Assembly: GCA_038063915.1 (NCBI GenBank)
Contig: JBBTUE010000001.1
Location: forward strand, 107,905-171,904
Source: Patescibacteria group bacterium
GTDB lineage: Bacteria; Patescibacteriota; Minisyncoccia; Phycocordibacterales; UBA9973
DNA: 64,000 bases
Direction of reading: 5' to 3'
This document shows, in pieces, positions 44,990 to 54,889 of this stretch. Both the position numbers and the translations under genes were made by a program. Within the stretch, counting starts at the first letter, position 1. Each line of letters starts with the position of its first letter. Under the pieces are notes generated by a model. That model searched no databases. It saw only the letters and a list, made by a program, of their open reading frames with translations, and had not been told where the DNA came from.

Positions 44990-46492
44990 ATGGAGAAAAA
45001 GAATTTATCATTTTTTAAGAGAATTATAAGAAAAAAACGTACTTGGGTTCTCCTTGTGCTAATCCTTGCCGTTTCTTCTTATTTCATCTTTAGGACAAAT
45101 GATAATTCAAAAAATGTTGTTAGTGATACTGCAAAGTACACAGATTTAAAACAAACTATCCTTGCCACAGGTCAAGCAACCTCAAAAACCGATTTGAATT
45201 TGTCCTTTAATTCAAGTGGCACTGTGCGGTCCCTTAGAGTATCAGTGGGAGACAAAGTTTCCACTGGACAAATACTGGCGAATATTGATCAAGGAGCACA
45301 GCTCGCAAGCCTAACTCAGGCACGTGGTGCCTTGGCAGCAGCCCAGGCCCGTCTTAAAAAGACTTTAGAAGGGGCATCAAGTGAAGATATATCTCTTGCG
45401 CAAGTAAATTTAGATCAAACAAGATTAACCCAAGCAACACTAGTTAAAAATGCTTACCATAATCTTTTAAATTCTACTCCAGAGGCTCTACCTGAAGGTG
45501 GTGTTAGTGATTATATAGCACCGACTATTAGTGGTAGTTATAATGGGGATGTTGAAGGAGATATAAAAATCACAATATATTATACAGGAAGTGGCTCTAG
45601 TTTCTTGGTATCAGGTCTGACATCTGGGGTTGGAGTTGTGACCACAACTACATCTCAGCCGATAGGCAACTCTGGTTTATATATCAAGTTTCCCTCTATA
45701 TCTAATAGTGTTACTAACTGGGTTATAAAAATTCCAAATAAAAAAGCACCAGATTATTTAATCAATTACAACGCCTACCAAGCAGCACTTTCTCAAGCTG
45801 ACCTTGCCATCAAAGCACGTGAAGCCGAACTCGCTATCAAAAAAGCCCAAGCGCGCCCTGCAGATGTAGATCTTGCCCGTGCAGATATTACGACAGCAGA
45901 AGGTCAGGTTCAAGCTGCACAGTCCAAATATGAAGATACAATAATACGTGCACCGGCAGATGGTACAGTCACTAGTATTGATGTCAAAATAGGAGAGTTG
46001 GCCTCGGCTTTAAAGGAGGTTATAATCCTACAAGATATATCAAATGTTTATCTTGAAGCAAATATTAACGAAGCCAATGTAGCAAATGTTAGCATTGGGA
46101 TGCCAGTCGATATTAATTTCGACGCATTTGGAATTGATAAAACCTTTAAAGGTTCTATAACTAAAATTAATCCCTCTTCGACTCTTGTATCTGGGGTAGT
46201 TAGTTATAAAGTAACCTCAAGTATTGAACAATTCAAGGATATAAGACCGGGCATGACCGCAAATATGACTATAAATGTGAAAGATAAACCGCATATAATT
46301 GCAGTTCCAGCCCGCTCAATAATTACCGACAAGGCAGGTAAAAAGACTATTCGAGTTATAACAAATTCAAAAACCAAGACATTTAAGGAGGTAGAAATTT
46401 CAACTGGGTTAGAAGGTGACGGCGGTATGATTGAAGTTACAAAAGGACTAAAAATCGGAGACGAATTTGTAGTTCTAATAAAGACATCATAA
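44990..46492 (+). CDS. Efflux membrane-fusion (MacA/YknX-like) protein
   Basis: N-terminal TM, lipoyl halves (VSVGDKVSTGQILA; IRAPADGTV), coiled coil, RPGMTAN. Confidence 0.88.
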   Translation: MEKKNLSFFKRIIRKKRTWVLLVLILAVSSYFIFRTNDNSKNVVSDTAKYTDLKQTILATGQATSKTDLNLSFNSSGTVRSLRVSVGDKVSTGQILANIDQGAQLASLTQARGALAAAQARLKKTLEGASSEDISLAQVNLDQTRLTQATLVKNAYHNLLNSTPEALPEGGVSDYIAPTISGSYNGDVEGDIKITIYYTGSGSSFLVSGLTSGVGVVTTTTSQPIGNSGLYIKFPSISNSVTNWVIKIPNKKAPDYLINYNAYQAALSQADLAIKAREAELAIKKAQARPADVDLARADITTAEGQVQAAQSKYEDTIIRAPADGTVTSIDVKIGELASALKEVIILQDISNVYLEANINEANVANVSIGMPVDINFDAFGIDKTFKGSITKINPSSTLVSGVVSYKVTSSIEQFKDIRPGMTANMTINVKDKPHIIAVPARSIITDKAGKKTIRVITNSKTKTFKEVEISTGLEGDGGMIEVTKGLKIGDEFVVLIKTS

Positions 46493-47205
46493 TGTTGATC
46501 GAACTCAAAAATATTATTAAAAATTACGTGAATGGTGACGTAGTTACAAAAGTTTTGCGTGGAGTTGACCTCTCTATAGACGAAGGGGAATTTCTTGCGA
46601 TTATGGGTCCGTCTGGTTCTGGTAAATCTACTCTCATGCATATCATAGGCTTCTTGGACAGACCAACAGAGGGTTCGTATAATTTTAACGACGAAGATAC
46701 TAAAGATTTTACTGACGATGAGTTAGCCCATATTCGTAACGAAAAAATTGGATTTGTCTTCCAGTCTTTTAATCTACTTCCACGTACTACCGTCCTTGAT
46801 AATGTTATGTTGCCTTTACTCTACAGCAGTTCACAGAAAAATAGTGTTCATCGGGCAAAGGTTGCTCTAGAATCCGTAGGACTTACTGACCGTATGGATT
46901 TTATGAGTAATCAAATATCTGGTGGACAAAAACAACGTGTCGCTATAGCTCGCGCACTAGTGTGTAATCCAAAAGTTATATTTGCAGATGAGCCTACTGG
47001 TAACCTTGATTCCAAAAGCGGGGCAACGGTTATGAATATTCTGGAGACATTAAATAAAGAAGGTCGCACTGTGATACTAGTGACGCATGATATGAATGTG
47101 GCTCTTCATGCAGAGCGTATTGTCACCATAAAAGATGGTGAGATAGTTTCTGATAAAAAAGTCCCAAGTGGAGAGCGAATACACTCCAAGGCATCAATAG
47201 ATTAA
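46492..47205 (+). CDS. ABC transporter ATP-binding protein (MacB/LolD-like)
   Basis: GPSGSGKST, FVFQSFNLL, ISGGQKQRVAIARAL, ADEPTGNLD. Confidence 0.95.
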   Translation: MLIELKNIIKNYVNGDVVTKVLRGVDLSIDEGEFLAIMGPSGSGKSTLMHIIGFLDRPTEGSYNFNDEDTKDFTDDELAHIRNEKIGFVFQSFNLLPRTTVLDNVMLPLLYSSSQKNSVHRAKVALESVGLTDRMDFMSNQISGGQKQRVAIARALVCNPKVIFADEPTGNLDSKSGATVMNILETLNKEGRTVILVTHDMNVALHAERIVTIKDGEIVSDKKVPSGERIHSKASID

Positions 47206-47210
47206 TATAT

Positions 47211-48476
47211 ATGAGTAAACTATTCGCAAGCCTACGGTCTACAGTTAAAGATTTACTTACTAGGAAAGGTAGATCTTTTTTGACAGTTTTAGGTATAGTC
47301 ATAGGAGTATCGGGTGTGATAATAATAATTTCACTCGGGGCTGGGGCTCAAACTCTTGTTCTTGGTCAGATCACAAAATTAGGAACTAATATAATAGGTG
47401 TTCTACCAGGCAAAAGCAATGACAACGGTCCACCGGCAGCGGTTTTTGGTGTCCAAGTAAAAACCCTAGTCGAGTCTGATCTTGAGGCTATAAAAGATAA
47501 AAAGAAAGTTCCCAATGTAGTTGAAATAGCTTCTTTTGTGCGCGGAAATGTAACAATTACATCTGGCAAGGAGAGTGTTGACACTAGTTTTACTGCAACA
47601 GATAGTAGTTATCCAAGAGTTCAAAATGTAGAGATGGACCACGGTTCTTTCTTCTCTGATGAAGAAGGCCGAGCATCAGCCAATGTCATAGTCCTCGGCT
47701 ATGATGTGGCTTTGGCGCTTTTTCCTAACGGTGGCGATATGGGCTCAATAGTGAAAATAAAATCCCCTAATAATGATATAGGCAGTATACCTTTTCGAGT
47801 TATTGGTGTACAAAAAAAGCTCGGCACCGTGGCATTTCAAAATCAAGATGATCAAGTTTTCATACCTTTCTCTATTGGCCAGAGGCAATTACTAGGGATT
47901 AACTATATCCAGTTTGTGCGTATGAAAGTTGACGACTCACAAAACATAAAAATTGCCATGGAAGATGTTAGAAGAGTTCTGCGCGAAGAACATCGGATAA
48001 CTAATTCAGAAAATGATGATTTTTCTGTGCGCGATTTAGTAGACGCAATAAAGGTTCTCACTAGTATCACCGATGCCCTCCGGATGTTCTTGGGTCTAAT
48101 GGCCTCTATATCACTTATTGTCGGAGGGATTGGTATTATGAATATTATGCTAGTTACAGTATCAGAGCGTACTCGCGAGATTGGCTTACGTAAATCAATA
48201 GGAGCAACTAGGAAGCAGATACGCAATCAGTTTTTATTTGAGGCCATCCTACTTACTTTTACAGGTGGCATTATAGGAATATTGTTTGGTATATTACTTT
48301 CGTATCTTATAACTATAGGCGTAAGATTTGCAGGATACGATTGGGCATTCATTATTTCTCCAACTGCAGTAGTACTCGCCACTTTAGTCTCTATAATCAC
48401 CGGGATAGTTTTTGGCTTATATCCGGCACTTAAAGCTGCCAAACTTGACCCGATTGTAGCCCTACGATATGAGTAA
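47211..48476 (+). CDS. MacB/FtsX-type ABC permease
   Basis: RSFLTVLGIVIG, GGIGIMNIMLVTVSERTREIGLRK, GLYPA.KAAKLDPI.ALRYE. Confidence 0.93.
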   Translation: MSKLFASLRSTVKDLLTRKGRSFLTVLGIVIGVSGVIIIISLGAGAQTLVLGQITKLGTNIIGVLPGKSNDNGPPAAVFGVQVKTLVESDLEAIKDKKKVPNVVEIASFVRGNVTITSGKESVDTSFTATDSSYPRVQNVEMDHGSFFSDEEGRASANVIVLGYDVALALFPNGGDMGSIVKIKSPNNDIGSIPFRVIGVQKKLGTVAFQNQDDQVFIPFSIGQRQLLGINYIQFVRMKVDDSQNIKIAMEDVRRVLREEHRITNSENDDFSVRDLVDAIKVLTSITDALRMFLGLMASISLIVGGIGIMNIMLVTVSERTREIGLRKSIGATRKQIRNQFLFEAILLTFTGGIIGILFGILLSYLITIGVRFAGYDWAFIISPTAVVLATLVSIITGIVFGLYPALKAAKLDPIVALRYE

Positions 48477-49725
48477 ATATTTTAAACAAGCATTAAAAGG
48501 TATTATGGCAAGTCCATCTCGGACGCTATTAACCACACTTGGTATCATGATAGGTATAGGCACAGTCATACTCGTCTTATCGACTGGAGAAGGTTTTAAA
48601 AGTTATATTAATTCCCAGATTGATGCTTTTGGTTCCAATACTGTCATTGTTCAAACATCCGTACCTTCCTCTACAAAAGCTCGTGCGGGGGGTGAATCAA
48701 AAGATCCCAATAACTCTGCGGTAAATGCTGTCCCCATAACAACATTAAAAGAAAAAGATATAAAAGATATTAAAACTCTTTCAAATGTCAAGAATGCTTA
48801 TGGAGCTACACTGGGCCAGCAGGTTGTGACTTATGAGAGTGTATCAAAAAATGTATTTATATTTGGTGCAGATAGCTCGAGGTTTGATATTGATAAAGGT
48901 GTTATCTCAAATGGGAGAGGGTACTCCAATGAAGAAGACAAATCCCTTTCGCAAGTAGCAATACTAGGTCACGATATATCAGTCGATTTATTCGGAGAAA
49001 ATGACCCAATTGGTAAAATTGTAAGAGTTGGTAATTATAATTTTGAAGTTATTGGAGTTTATGATCGTCGAGGTAGCTTTGGGTTCTCAAATGATGATGA
49101 ACAAGTATTCATACCTCTATCTACCTTACAGAAGAAAATACTTGGTATCGACTACCTACTATATTCCGTAGTAGAGCTTGAGGACAATAAGAAGGCTGAT
49201 GCGACATCATTAGATATTGGTGACCTTCTAAGACACAATCACTCTATAACAGATCCAGTCCGTGATGACTTCAAAGTTCAAACTCAAGCGGAAAGTTTGA
49301 GTACGTTTGATTCAATACTTCAAGCTGTTACGCTCTTGCTCATCGCTATTGCTTGTATATCACTGGTTGTAGGGGGAGTCGGAGTGATGAATATTATGTA
49401 TGTGGTAGTGACTGAGCGCATAGCCGAGGTAGGCTTAAAGAAAGCACTAGGTGCACGAAATCGCGATATACTCTATGAGTTCCTAATTGAAGCTGTAATG
49501 CTTACTGTCTTGGGTGGAGTTTTGGGTATAATAGGCGGAGCATTCTTTTCTTTTATAGTGTCGAAAATTGCCCAGAGTTTAGGCTTCGCCTGGAAACTTA
49601 TCATACCTCTCTGGGGGATAATTTTATCAGTTTCTATATCTATGATTATAGGTGTGGTTTTTGGGGTTTTTCCAGCTCGTAATGCAGCCCGCCTCAACCC
49701 GATTGAGGCTCTTAATAAAGAGTAA
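48469..49725 (+). CDS. Second MacB/FtsX-type ABC permease
   Basis: RTLLTTLGIMIG, GGVGVMNIM..ERIAEVGLKKALGA, GVFPARNAARLNPIEAL. Confidence 0.93.
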   Translation: MSKYFKQALKGIMASPSRTLLTTLGIMIGIGTVILVLSTGEGFKSYINSQIDAFGSNTVIVQTSVPSSTKARAGGESKDPNNSAVNAVPITTLKEKDIKDIKTLSNVKNAYGATLGQQVVTYESVSKNVFIFGADSSRFDIDKGVISNGRGYSNEEDKSLSQVAILGHDISVDLFGENDPIGKIVRVGNYNFEVIGVYDRRGSFGFSNDDEQVFIPLSTLQKKILGIDYLLYSVVELEDNKKADATSLDIGDLLRHNHSITDPVRDDFKVQTQAESLSTFDSILQAVTLLLIAIACISLVVGGVGVMNIMYVVVTERIAEVGLKKALGARNRDILYEFLIEAVMLTVLGGVLGIIGGAFFSFIVSKIAQSLGFAWKLIIPLWGIILSVSISMIIGVVFGVFPARNAARLNPIEALNKE

Positions 49726-49746
49726 TAAAAATGATATAATCTAGAT

Positions 49747-50532
49747 ATGGAAACAATATTAAACAATAAGAGGTTTATAAAAATAACAGTTATTTTTATG
49801 GCGCTACTGTCATTACTAGTACTTGCCAAATTTATTAATGAGGTTAAAAAAGGTGATCACATTAGCCGAAACGGAAGTCAGCAGAATGTTATTACAGTAA
49901 GTGGTAAAGGGGAAGTCATAGCAATATCAGACATAGCGATAATATCAGTTAATCTAAATAGAGAAGGAGCAACAGCAAAAGAAGCACAGAATCTTTTGAA
50001 TGCGCAAATTACCAAAACTCTCGAATATTTAAAAACTCAAAAAATTGAGGACAAAGATATAAAATCAGAATATGGAGGCATAAATCCAAAATATTCATAC
50101 AATCCAATGAATTGCTTTACCTATCCTTGCCCACAAAATACAAAGATCACTGGTTACACTGCTACCCAGTCCATTACAATAAAAGTTCGTGAAGTTGATA
50201 ACTCAAATGAAGTTCGTACAGGATTAGCAAATCTTGGAAATACCGATATTAGTGGCCCAACCTTTTCAATAGATAATCAAGATGTTCTCAATGATCAGGC
50301 CAGAAGTATAGCCATCAATGATGCTCGAGAGAAAGCCAAAGTTCTCGCCCGTGATCTCCATGTTCGTTTAGGAAAAATTACTAGCTTCTCAGAAAATGGT
50401 GGTGGGTATCCGATGATGTATGCCAAGGCAGAGATGATGGATTCTTCCGCTGGCTCTGCTCCAGCGCCGACACTACCCAAAGGCGAGAACAAGATAATCT
50501 CAAACGTCACTATTACATACGAGATAAGATAA
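49747..50532 (+). CDS. SIMPL (DUF541) domain protein
   Basis: ITVSGKGEV...D.A, GYTATQSITIKVR, AINDAREKAKVLA, VTITYEI. Confidence 0.9.
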   Translation: METILNNKRFIKITVIFMALLSLLVLAKFINEVKKGDHISRNGSQQNVITVSGKGEVIAISDIAIISVNLNREGATAKEAQNLLNAQITKTLEYLKTQKIEDKDIKSEYGGINPKYSYNPMNCFTYPCPQNTKITGYTATQSITIKVREVDNSNEVRTGLANLGNTDISGPTFSIDNQDVLNDQARSIAINDAREKAKVLARDLHVRLGKITSFSENGGGYPMMYAKAEMMDSSAGSAPAPTLPKGENKIISNVTITYEIR

Positions 50533-50539
50533 CTAGTTT

Positions 50540-50578
50540 ATATCAAAAATGCCCCTGTTTTAGGGGCGTTTTTGATAT
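50540..50578 (+). terminator. Intrinsic terminator
   Basis: ATATCAAAAATGCCCCT-GTTTT-AGGGGCGTTTTTGATAT. Confidence 0.78.
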
Positions 50579-50663
50579 TTGACTTTATGGCTCTAAAAGC
50601 GTACTATATTTGCATAAGCCCTTCGGGGTGGTTTTTAATAAGAGGAGATAAATCAGATTATAT

Positions 50664-50849
50664 ATGAACAAAACTATTGAATATTTTAAAGAGGTAAGAG
50701 CTGAGATGAAGAATGTAACTTGGCCAACCCGCAAACAAACCATGTTTTTCACATTGGCCGTCTTAATAGTTTCTTTATTTGTGGCCTATTATCTAGGTGC
50801 ATTAGACAAGGTATTCTCAAAAGGTCTTGAATGGGTACTTACAAAATAA
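50664..50849 (+). CDS. secE: Preprotein translocase subunit SecE
   Basis: EVRAEMKNVTWPT motif plus one TM, directly upstream of nusG. Confidence 0.93.
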   Translation: MNKTIEYFKEVRAEMKNVTWPTRKQTMFFTLAVLIVSLFVAYYLGALDKVFSKGLEWVLTK

Positions 50850-50869
50850 CCTGCCTGCCGGTAGGCAAG
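50850..50869. repeat. GC-rich imperfect palindrome
   Basis: CCTGCCTGCCGGTAGGCAAG right after the secE stop. Confidence 0.6.
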
Positions 50870-50886
50870 CAATATATTTATAAAAT

Positions 50887-51441
50887 ATGGCAAAACAAGA
50901 ATTAAAAGGTGAGAGAAATTGGTACGCGATACATACATACGCAGGGTATGAGAATGCTGTTATGCGCAATTTAAAACAGCGCATTGATTCGCTCGGCATG
51001 AATGATAAAATTTTTAGCGTCGTGGTACCAACTGAAAATAAAATAAAAATCAAAGGTGGTAAACGCGTTGAAGTAGAAGAGAAAGTTTACCCTGGCTACG
51101 TACTTGTAGATATGATAGTTGATGACAATTCTTGGTATGTAGTTCGCAATACTCCTCGTGTGACTGGATTCGTTGGAGCAGGAGTTAATCCTGTCCCACT
51201 AAACAAACAAGAAGTGGATGATTTGTTTGGAAGAATGGATAAAGCAAGTGGCGCTGCTGGTAAGCATCAGATTGATGTCGAGGCAGGTGAGATAGTCCGC
51301 ATAGCCGACGGTCCATTCAAAGATCTAGAAGGCAAAGTTAGTGACGTAGATGTTGAGCGTGGTAAAGTCAAAGTTCTGGTCTCGATGTTCGGTCGTGAAA
51401 CACCAGTAGAATTAGACTTCTTGCAAATTAAAAAATTATAA
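50887..51441 (+). CDS. nusG: Transcription termination/antitermination factor NusG
   Basis: WYAIHTYAGYE, YPGYVLV, VRNTPRVTGFVG, KOW GPF, FGRETPVEL. Confidence 0.97.
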   Translation: MAKQELKGERNWYAIHTYAGYENAVMRNLKQRIDSLGMNDKIFSVVVPTENKIKIKGGKRVEVEEKVYPGYVLVDMIVDDNSWYVVRNTPRVTGFVGAGVNPVPLNKQEVDDLFGRMDKASGAAGKHQIDVEAGEIVRIADGPFKDLEGKVSDVDVERGKVKVLVSMFGRETPVELDFLQIKKL

Positions 51442-51454
51442 TTAATAAAAATAT

Positions 51455-51880
51455 ATGGCAACTAAAAAAATAACAAAAAAAGTAAAATTACAAATCCCAG
51501 CTGCAAAAGCAACCCCTGCGCCACCACTCGGTCCTGCGCTCGGTCAAGCTGGAGTCAACATTGCAGAGTTCTGTCAGAAGTTCAATGCCATGACGCAGTC
51601 TATGGCAGGTGAGATAGTCGGATGTGTAATCTCAGTTTATGAGGATCGCACTTACGATATCAAAGTCAAGACTCCTCCAGTTGCTGGCCTTATATTCAAA
51701 GCTGCAGGCATAGAAAAGGGTTCAGGCAAGCCAAATACCGCAAAGGCAGGCAAGATCACAAAGGCTCAGGTAAAAGAGATAGCTATAAAGAAAATGCCAG
51801 ACTTAAACGCAAAAGATATCGAAGGCGCTATGAAAATCATCGAGGGTTCAGCTCGTTCTGCAGGAATTACAGTTGAATAG
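51455..51880 (+). CDS. rplK: 50S ribosomal protein uL11
   Basis: [38 protein letters not shown]. Confidence 0.97.
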   Translation: MATKKITKKVKLQIPAAKATPAPPLGPALGQAGVNIAEFCQKFNAMTQSMAGEIVGCVISVYEDRTYDIKVKTPPVAGLIFKAAGIEKGSGKPNTAKAGKITKAQVKEIAIKKMPDLNAKDIEGAMKIIEGSARSAGITVE

Positions 51881-51885
51881 TTTTT

Positions 51886-51913
51886 TAAAATCTCCCTTTA
51901 TGGGGAGATTTTA
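51886..51913 (+). terminator. Intrinsic terminator directly after rplK
   Basis: TAAAATCTCCC...GGGAGATTTTA hairpin. Confidence 0.75.
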
Positions 51914-51919
51914 GTTCAT

Positions 51920-52924
51920 ATGAAAAAGAAAAGCCAGACATCATTACTTGGTAATATTTTACAGAAAGTCGCACCGAAGATAGGCGCAACTGTGCTTATG
52001 GAACCCGAGTGGGGAGTTGTCGGGCAGATTACATTCAAGAGTGGCAAGAAGAGCTACACCAGATATAACACTGTAGATATGAATAGTATCGGCTCGTCAG
52101 ATGTCGCTCGCGACAAAGACTATGCCAACTTTTTTATGAAGCGCATGGGGTATCCGGTAGTAGAAGGAAAAACGTTTTTCTCTAAGACTTGGGCTCGCGC
52201 TATAGGGTCTAAAAGAAATATTGATACAGGTTATAAATATGCGAAAAAATTGGGATTTCCAATAGTGGTCAAGCCCAATAGCGGTAGCCAAGGCGTGGGC
52301 GTTGCCCTCGTTTCAAATAAGCAAGAATTCTATAGAGCAATGCGGTTCGTATTTAAAGGTGATAAAGTTGCTCTTGTGCAGAAATACCTTGTGGGTAAAG
52401 ATTATAGAATTGTTGTTCTAGATAAGAAAATAATTTCTGCCTACGAGCGTATACCGCTCTCTGTCATGGGCGACGGGAAACTTTCCATAGAGAAGTTACT
52501 AAACAAAAAGAAAAAATATTTTAATAATATAAATCGCGATATAAAAATTGATACAAAAGACTCAAGAATTAAAGAAAAGTTAAAAAGGCAAAAGCTGAGC
52601 TTGAAATCTGTATTACCAAAAGGAAAGCTTGTCTACCTCCTCGATAATGCAAATCTTTCTACAGGGGGAGATTCGGTAGATGTAACAAACGCGATACACC
52701 CACTATTTAAAAAGCTCGCAGTAAAACTGACTAGTGATATGGGTCTTCGGCTTTGCGGGGTAGACTTGATGATAGTAGGAAACATAAAGGAAAAACCTAA
52801 TAAATATTGGGTTCTAGAGGTAAACGCTGCCCCAGGACTAGACCACTACGTAACTACAGGTAAGGCTCAACAAAAAATTGTCGAGGATCTTTATCTTGAG
52901 GTTCTAAAAAGTATGGATAAGTAG
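51920..52924 (+). CDS. ATP-grasp ligase resembling the cyanophycin synthetase / GshAB ATP-grasp domain
   Basis: DKDYANFF, PIVVKPNSGSQGVGV, GKDYRIVV, ERIP..V.GDG, NANLSTGG, GVDL, LEVNAAPG. Confidence 0.82.
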   Translation: MKKKSQTSLLGNILQKVAPKIGATVLMEPEWGVVGQITFKSGKKSYTRYNTVDMNSIGSSDVARDKDYANFFMKRMGYPVVEGKTFFSKTWARAIGSKRNIDTGYKYAKKLGFPIVVKPNSGSQGVGVALVSNKQEFYRAMRFVFKGDKVALVQKYLVGKDYRIVVLDKKIISAYERIPLSVMGDGKLSIEKLLNKKKKYFNNINRDIKIDTKDSRIKEKLKRQKLSLKSVLPKGKLVYLLDNANLSTGGDSVDVTNAIHPLFKKLAVKLTSDMGLRLCGVDLMIVGNIKEKPNKYWVLEVNAAPGLDHYVTTGKAQQKIVEDLYLEVLKSMDK

Positions 52925-52974
52925 TTCTTGACTCAATCATAATTTAGGGTAGTATAAAAGAAAAACTTCATTTT

Positions 52975-53775
52975 ATGAGACCTAAAAAGCTTCTCTGGAA
53001 AGATAGGGATGCTGACCTCAAGGGTCTCATCCGCTACTATGACCTGAACCATAGGTTCAAAGTCATGTATTACCGGACCAACCTTTTGGTCCATACAAGG
53101 CGAGTTGAAGCCATAATAGAGACTCTTATACCGTTAGCGCAAAAGTGCTACGAAGGATTTGACCCTCATTTGGCACGGCTTATAAGTCGGTATCACGATG
53201 ATCCTGAACTTATAGCAAAGCGGGGGGATGTATCTCTACAGCTTAAACTTAAAATGGGAGACTATGAAAAAGAAGTATTGAAAAAAGAAGAAATAAGAGC
53301 AATCGATAAAATATCAAACTACTACCCTAAAATGGTAGATGAATATTGCTACAGAGAAATCTTATTGCATGCTCTAAACAAAGACTGTCGTGAGGCACAA
53401 TTACATTCATTTGCGGATAAACATGACGGCAATTGTGAAGCTCTCCATGAAGTTCTTGCTGGAAATACAGTATTCCTTGAGCCGGTTTTAAACTACAGCT
53501 CAGAGATATTCACTAAGCGCAAAAGCAAGTTCTTCCTGATTGAAGAAATGTTTGATTCTGATATAGAAAAACAGAATCCATTTCTACAGTTTCCAGTACT
53601 TGATCTCATGAACTTTTTTAAGAATGGCAAGCTGAAAACTGTTCCTCATACCGAGGAGACGATAAAGCGCAACAGCTATATTCCATATTATGAAATGTGG
53701 AAAAATGTTACTCTGAGTACTTTCCCAAATGGTATTGAATTACTCACAAAACAAACAGAATTTCAAAACAAATAA
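52975..53775 (+). CDS. HD-domain phosphohydrolase (YfbR-like)
   Basis: H (LLVHT), HD (RYHDDPE), GDV, D (FADKHD) spacing of the HD superfamily. Confidence 0.7.
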   Translation: MRPKKLLWKDRDADLKGLIRYYDLNHRFKVMYYRTNLLVHTRRVEAIIETLIPLAQKCYEGFDPHLARLISRYHDDPELIAKRGDVSLQLKLKMGDYEKEVLKKEEIRAIDKISNYYPKMVDEYCYREILLHALNKDCREAQLHSFADKHDGNCEALHEVLAGNTVFLEPVLNYSSEIFTKRKSKFFLIEEMFDSDIEKQNPFLQFPVLDLMNFFKNGKLKTVPHTEETIKRNSYIPYYEMWKNVTLSTFPNGIELLTKQTEFQNK

Positions 53776-53806
53776 AAAGGCCCCAGTCTCTACTGGAGCC
53801 TTTTTA
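53773..53806. terminator. Bidirectional terminator
   Basis: AAAAAGGCCCCAGT-CTCT-ACTGGAGCCTTTTT between convergent genes. Confidence 0.72.
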
Positions 53807-53819
53807 AGTTCAAGGTTAT

Positions 53820-54395
53820 TTACGAAACCCTCTCGACATATTCACCAGTCTCAGTATTGACTCGGATTTTATCTCCAGCTTCTATGAAGAATGGGGCACT
53901 GATTTTTATACCATTCTCTAGTATGACAATTTTCCCTCCGCCGTTGGCAGTATTGCCCTTTATAGATGGGGGAGCTTCTTTGACGATAAACTCCATCTTT
54001 ACTGGTAGTTTTATATTTATTATCTGGTCTTCTCCATCATTGTCCCATACCATGGCAGTTACTATCTCATCGGGTTTTAAATATTTTGATGTTTCACCGA
54101 TTATTTTCTCTGGTAACTGAAATCTATCTTTTGGATTCTCTGGATCTGCGAACCAGAACTCGCCTTTGTTCGTATAAAGAAACTTCACATCTTTTTTATT
54201 TATTTCCGCTTCATCAGCTTTATCGGATGCATGGAAAACTGTATTCCAAGTACGGCCGGAAAGTAGGCTCTTGAGCTTGACCTGATTTTGGGGTTTTCTC
54301 TGTTGTGTCCGTGCAACATGAGCCTCCATGACTTCACACGGCTCATTCTCATATATTATTATTTTCCTTTCTCTTATTTCGCTGTATTCAAGCAT
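53820..54395 (-). CDS. efp: Elongation factor P (divergent tip loop)
   Basis: KLKSLLSG, FLY, PPSIKGNTA..GGK..LENG..I.AP.FI..GDKIRVNTETGEYVER. Confidence 0.93.
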   Translation of the reverse strand: MLEYSEIRERKIIIYENEPCEVMEAHVARTQQRKPQNQVKLKSLLSGRTWNTVFHASDKADEAEINKKDVKFLYTNKGEFWFADPENPKDRFQLPEKIIGETSKYLKPDEIVTAMVWDNDGEDQIINIKLPVKMEFIVKEAPPSIKGNTANGGGKIVILENGIKISAPFFIEAGDKIRVNTETGEYVERVS

Positions 54396-54501
54396 GCGCT
54401 ATTCTAGCTCATTTTCTATACCTTTTCAACCCATTGACAAATCATATAAAAACGTTAGAATTATAAAAAACTAGTTTCATTCAAACCTTAAAAGTATTTG
54501 T

Positions 54502-54870
54502 ATGAACCATCCACATAGAACTGCTGCAAACATTTTTTTTACACTTAGTACATTACCAATATTAGGGATATACATTCTCTATTTCAGTAAGAGTCTCACT
54601 ATCACTGAAGTATGGGGATTACTTGCCTGTAGCATGCTCCTGGTGCTTATGTGTAAAAAATTTGAAGAAACAATGGCCGATTACATGAGTCCACAATTAG
54701 TTGAGCCCCTCATTATAATTAAATTATTGAGCTACATATTGCTATGTAAAGTGCTAATAAACCTTATAAGTCCAGGCTGGGGTTGGTGGATACTAAGTAC
54801 ACTCGCCGGTGTTATAGCAATCGCCATAGAAATATATGGTCCGCCTTTAAGACGAGGTAGAGATAATTAA
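54502..54870 (+). CDS. Hypothetical membrane protein (about 4 TM)
   Basis: 122-aa hydrophobic ORF with upstream TTGACA...TAGAAT promoter-like sequence and downstream terminator. Confidence 0.65.
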   Translation: MNHPHRTAANIFFTLSTLPILGIYILYFSKSLTITEVWGLLACSMLLVLMCKKFEETMADYMSPQLVEPLIIIKLLSYILLCKVLINLISPGWGWWILSTLAGVIAIAIEIYGPPLRRGRDN

Positions 54871-54889
54871 ATATTTTTTGATGAAAATA

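Noticed and set aside
44990-49725. MacAB-like exporter lacking TolC as a novelty
   Set aside because: TolC-less YknXYZ-type systems are normal in monoderm and CPR bacteria
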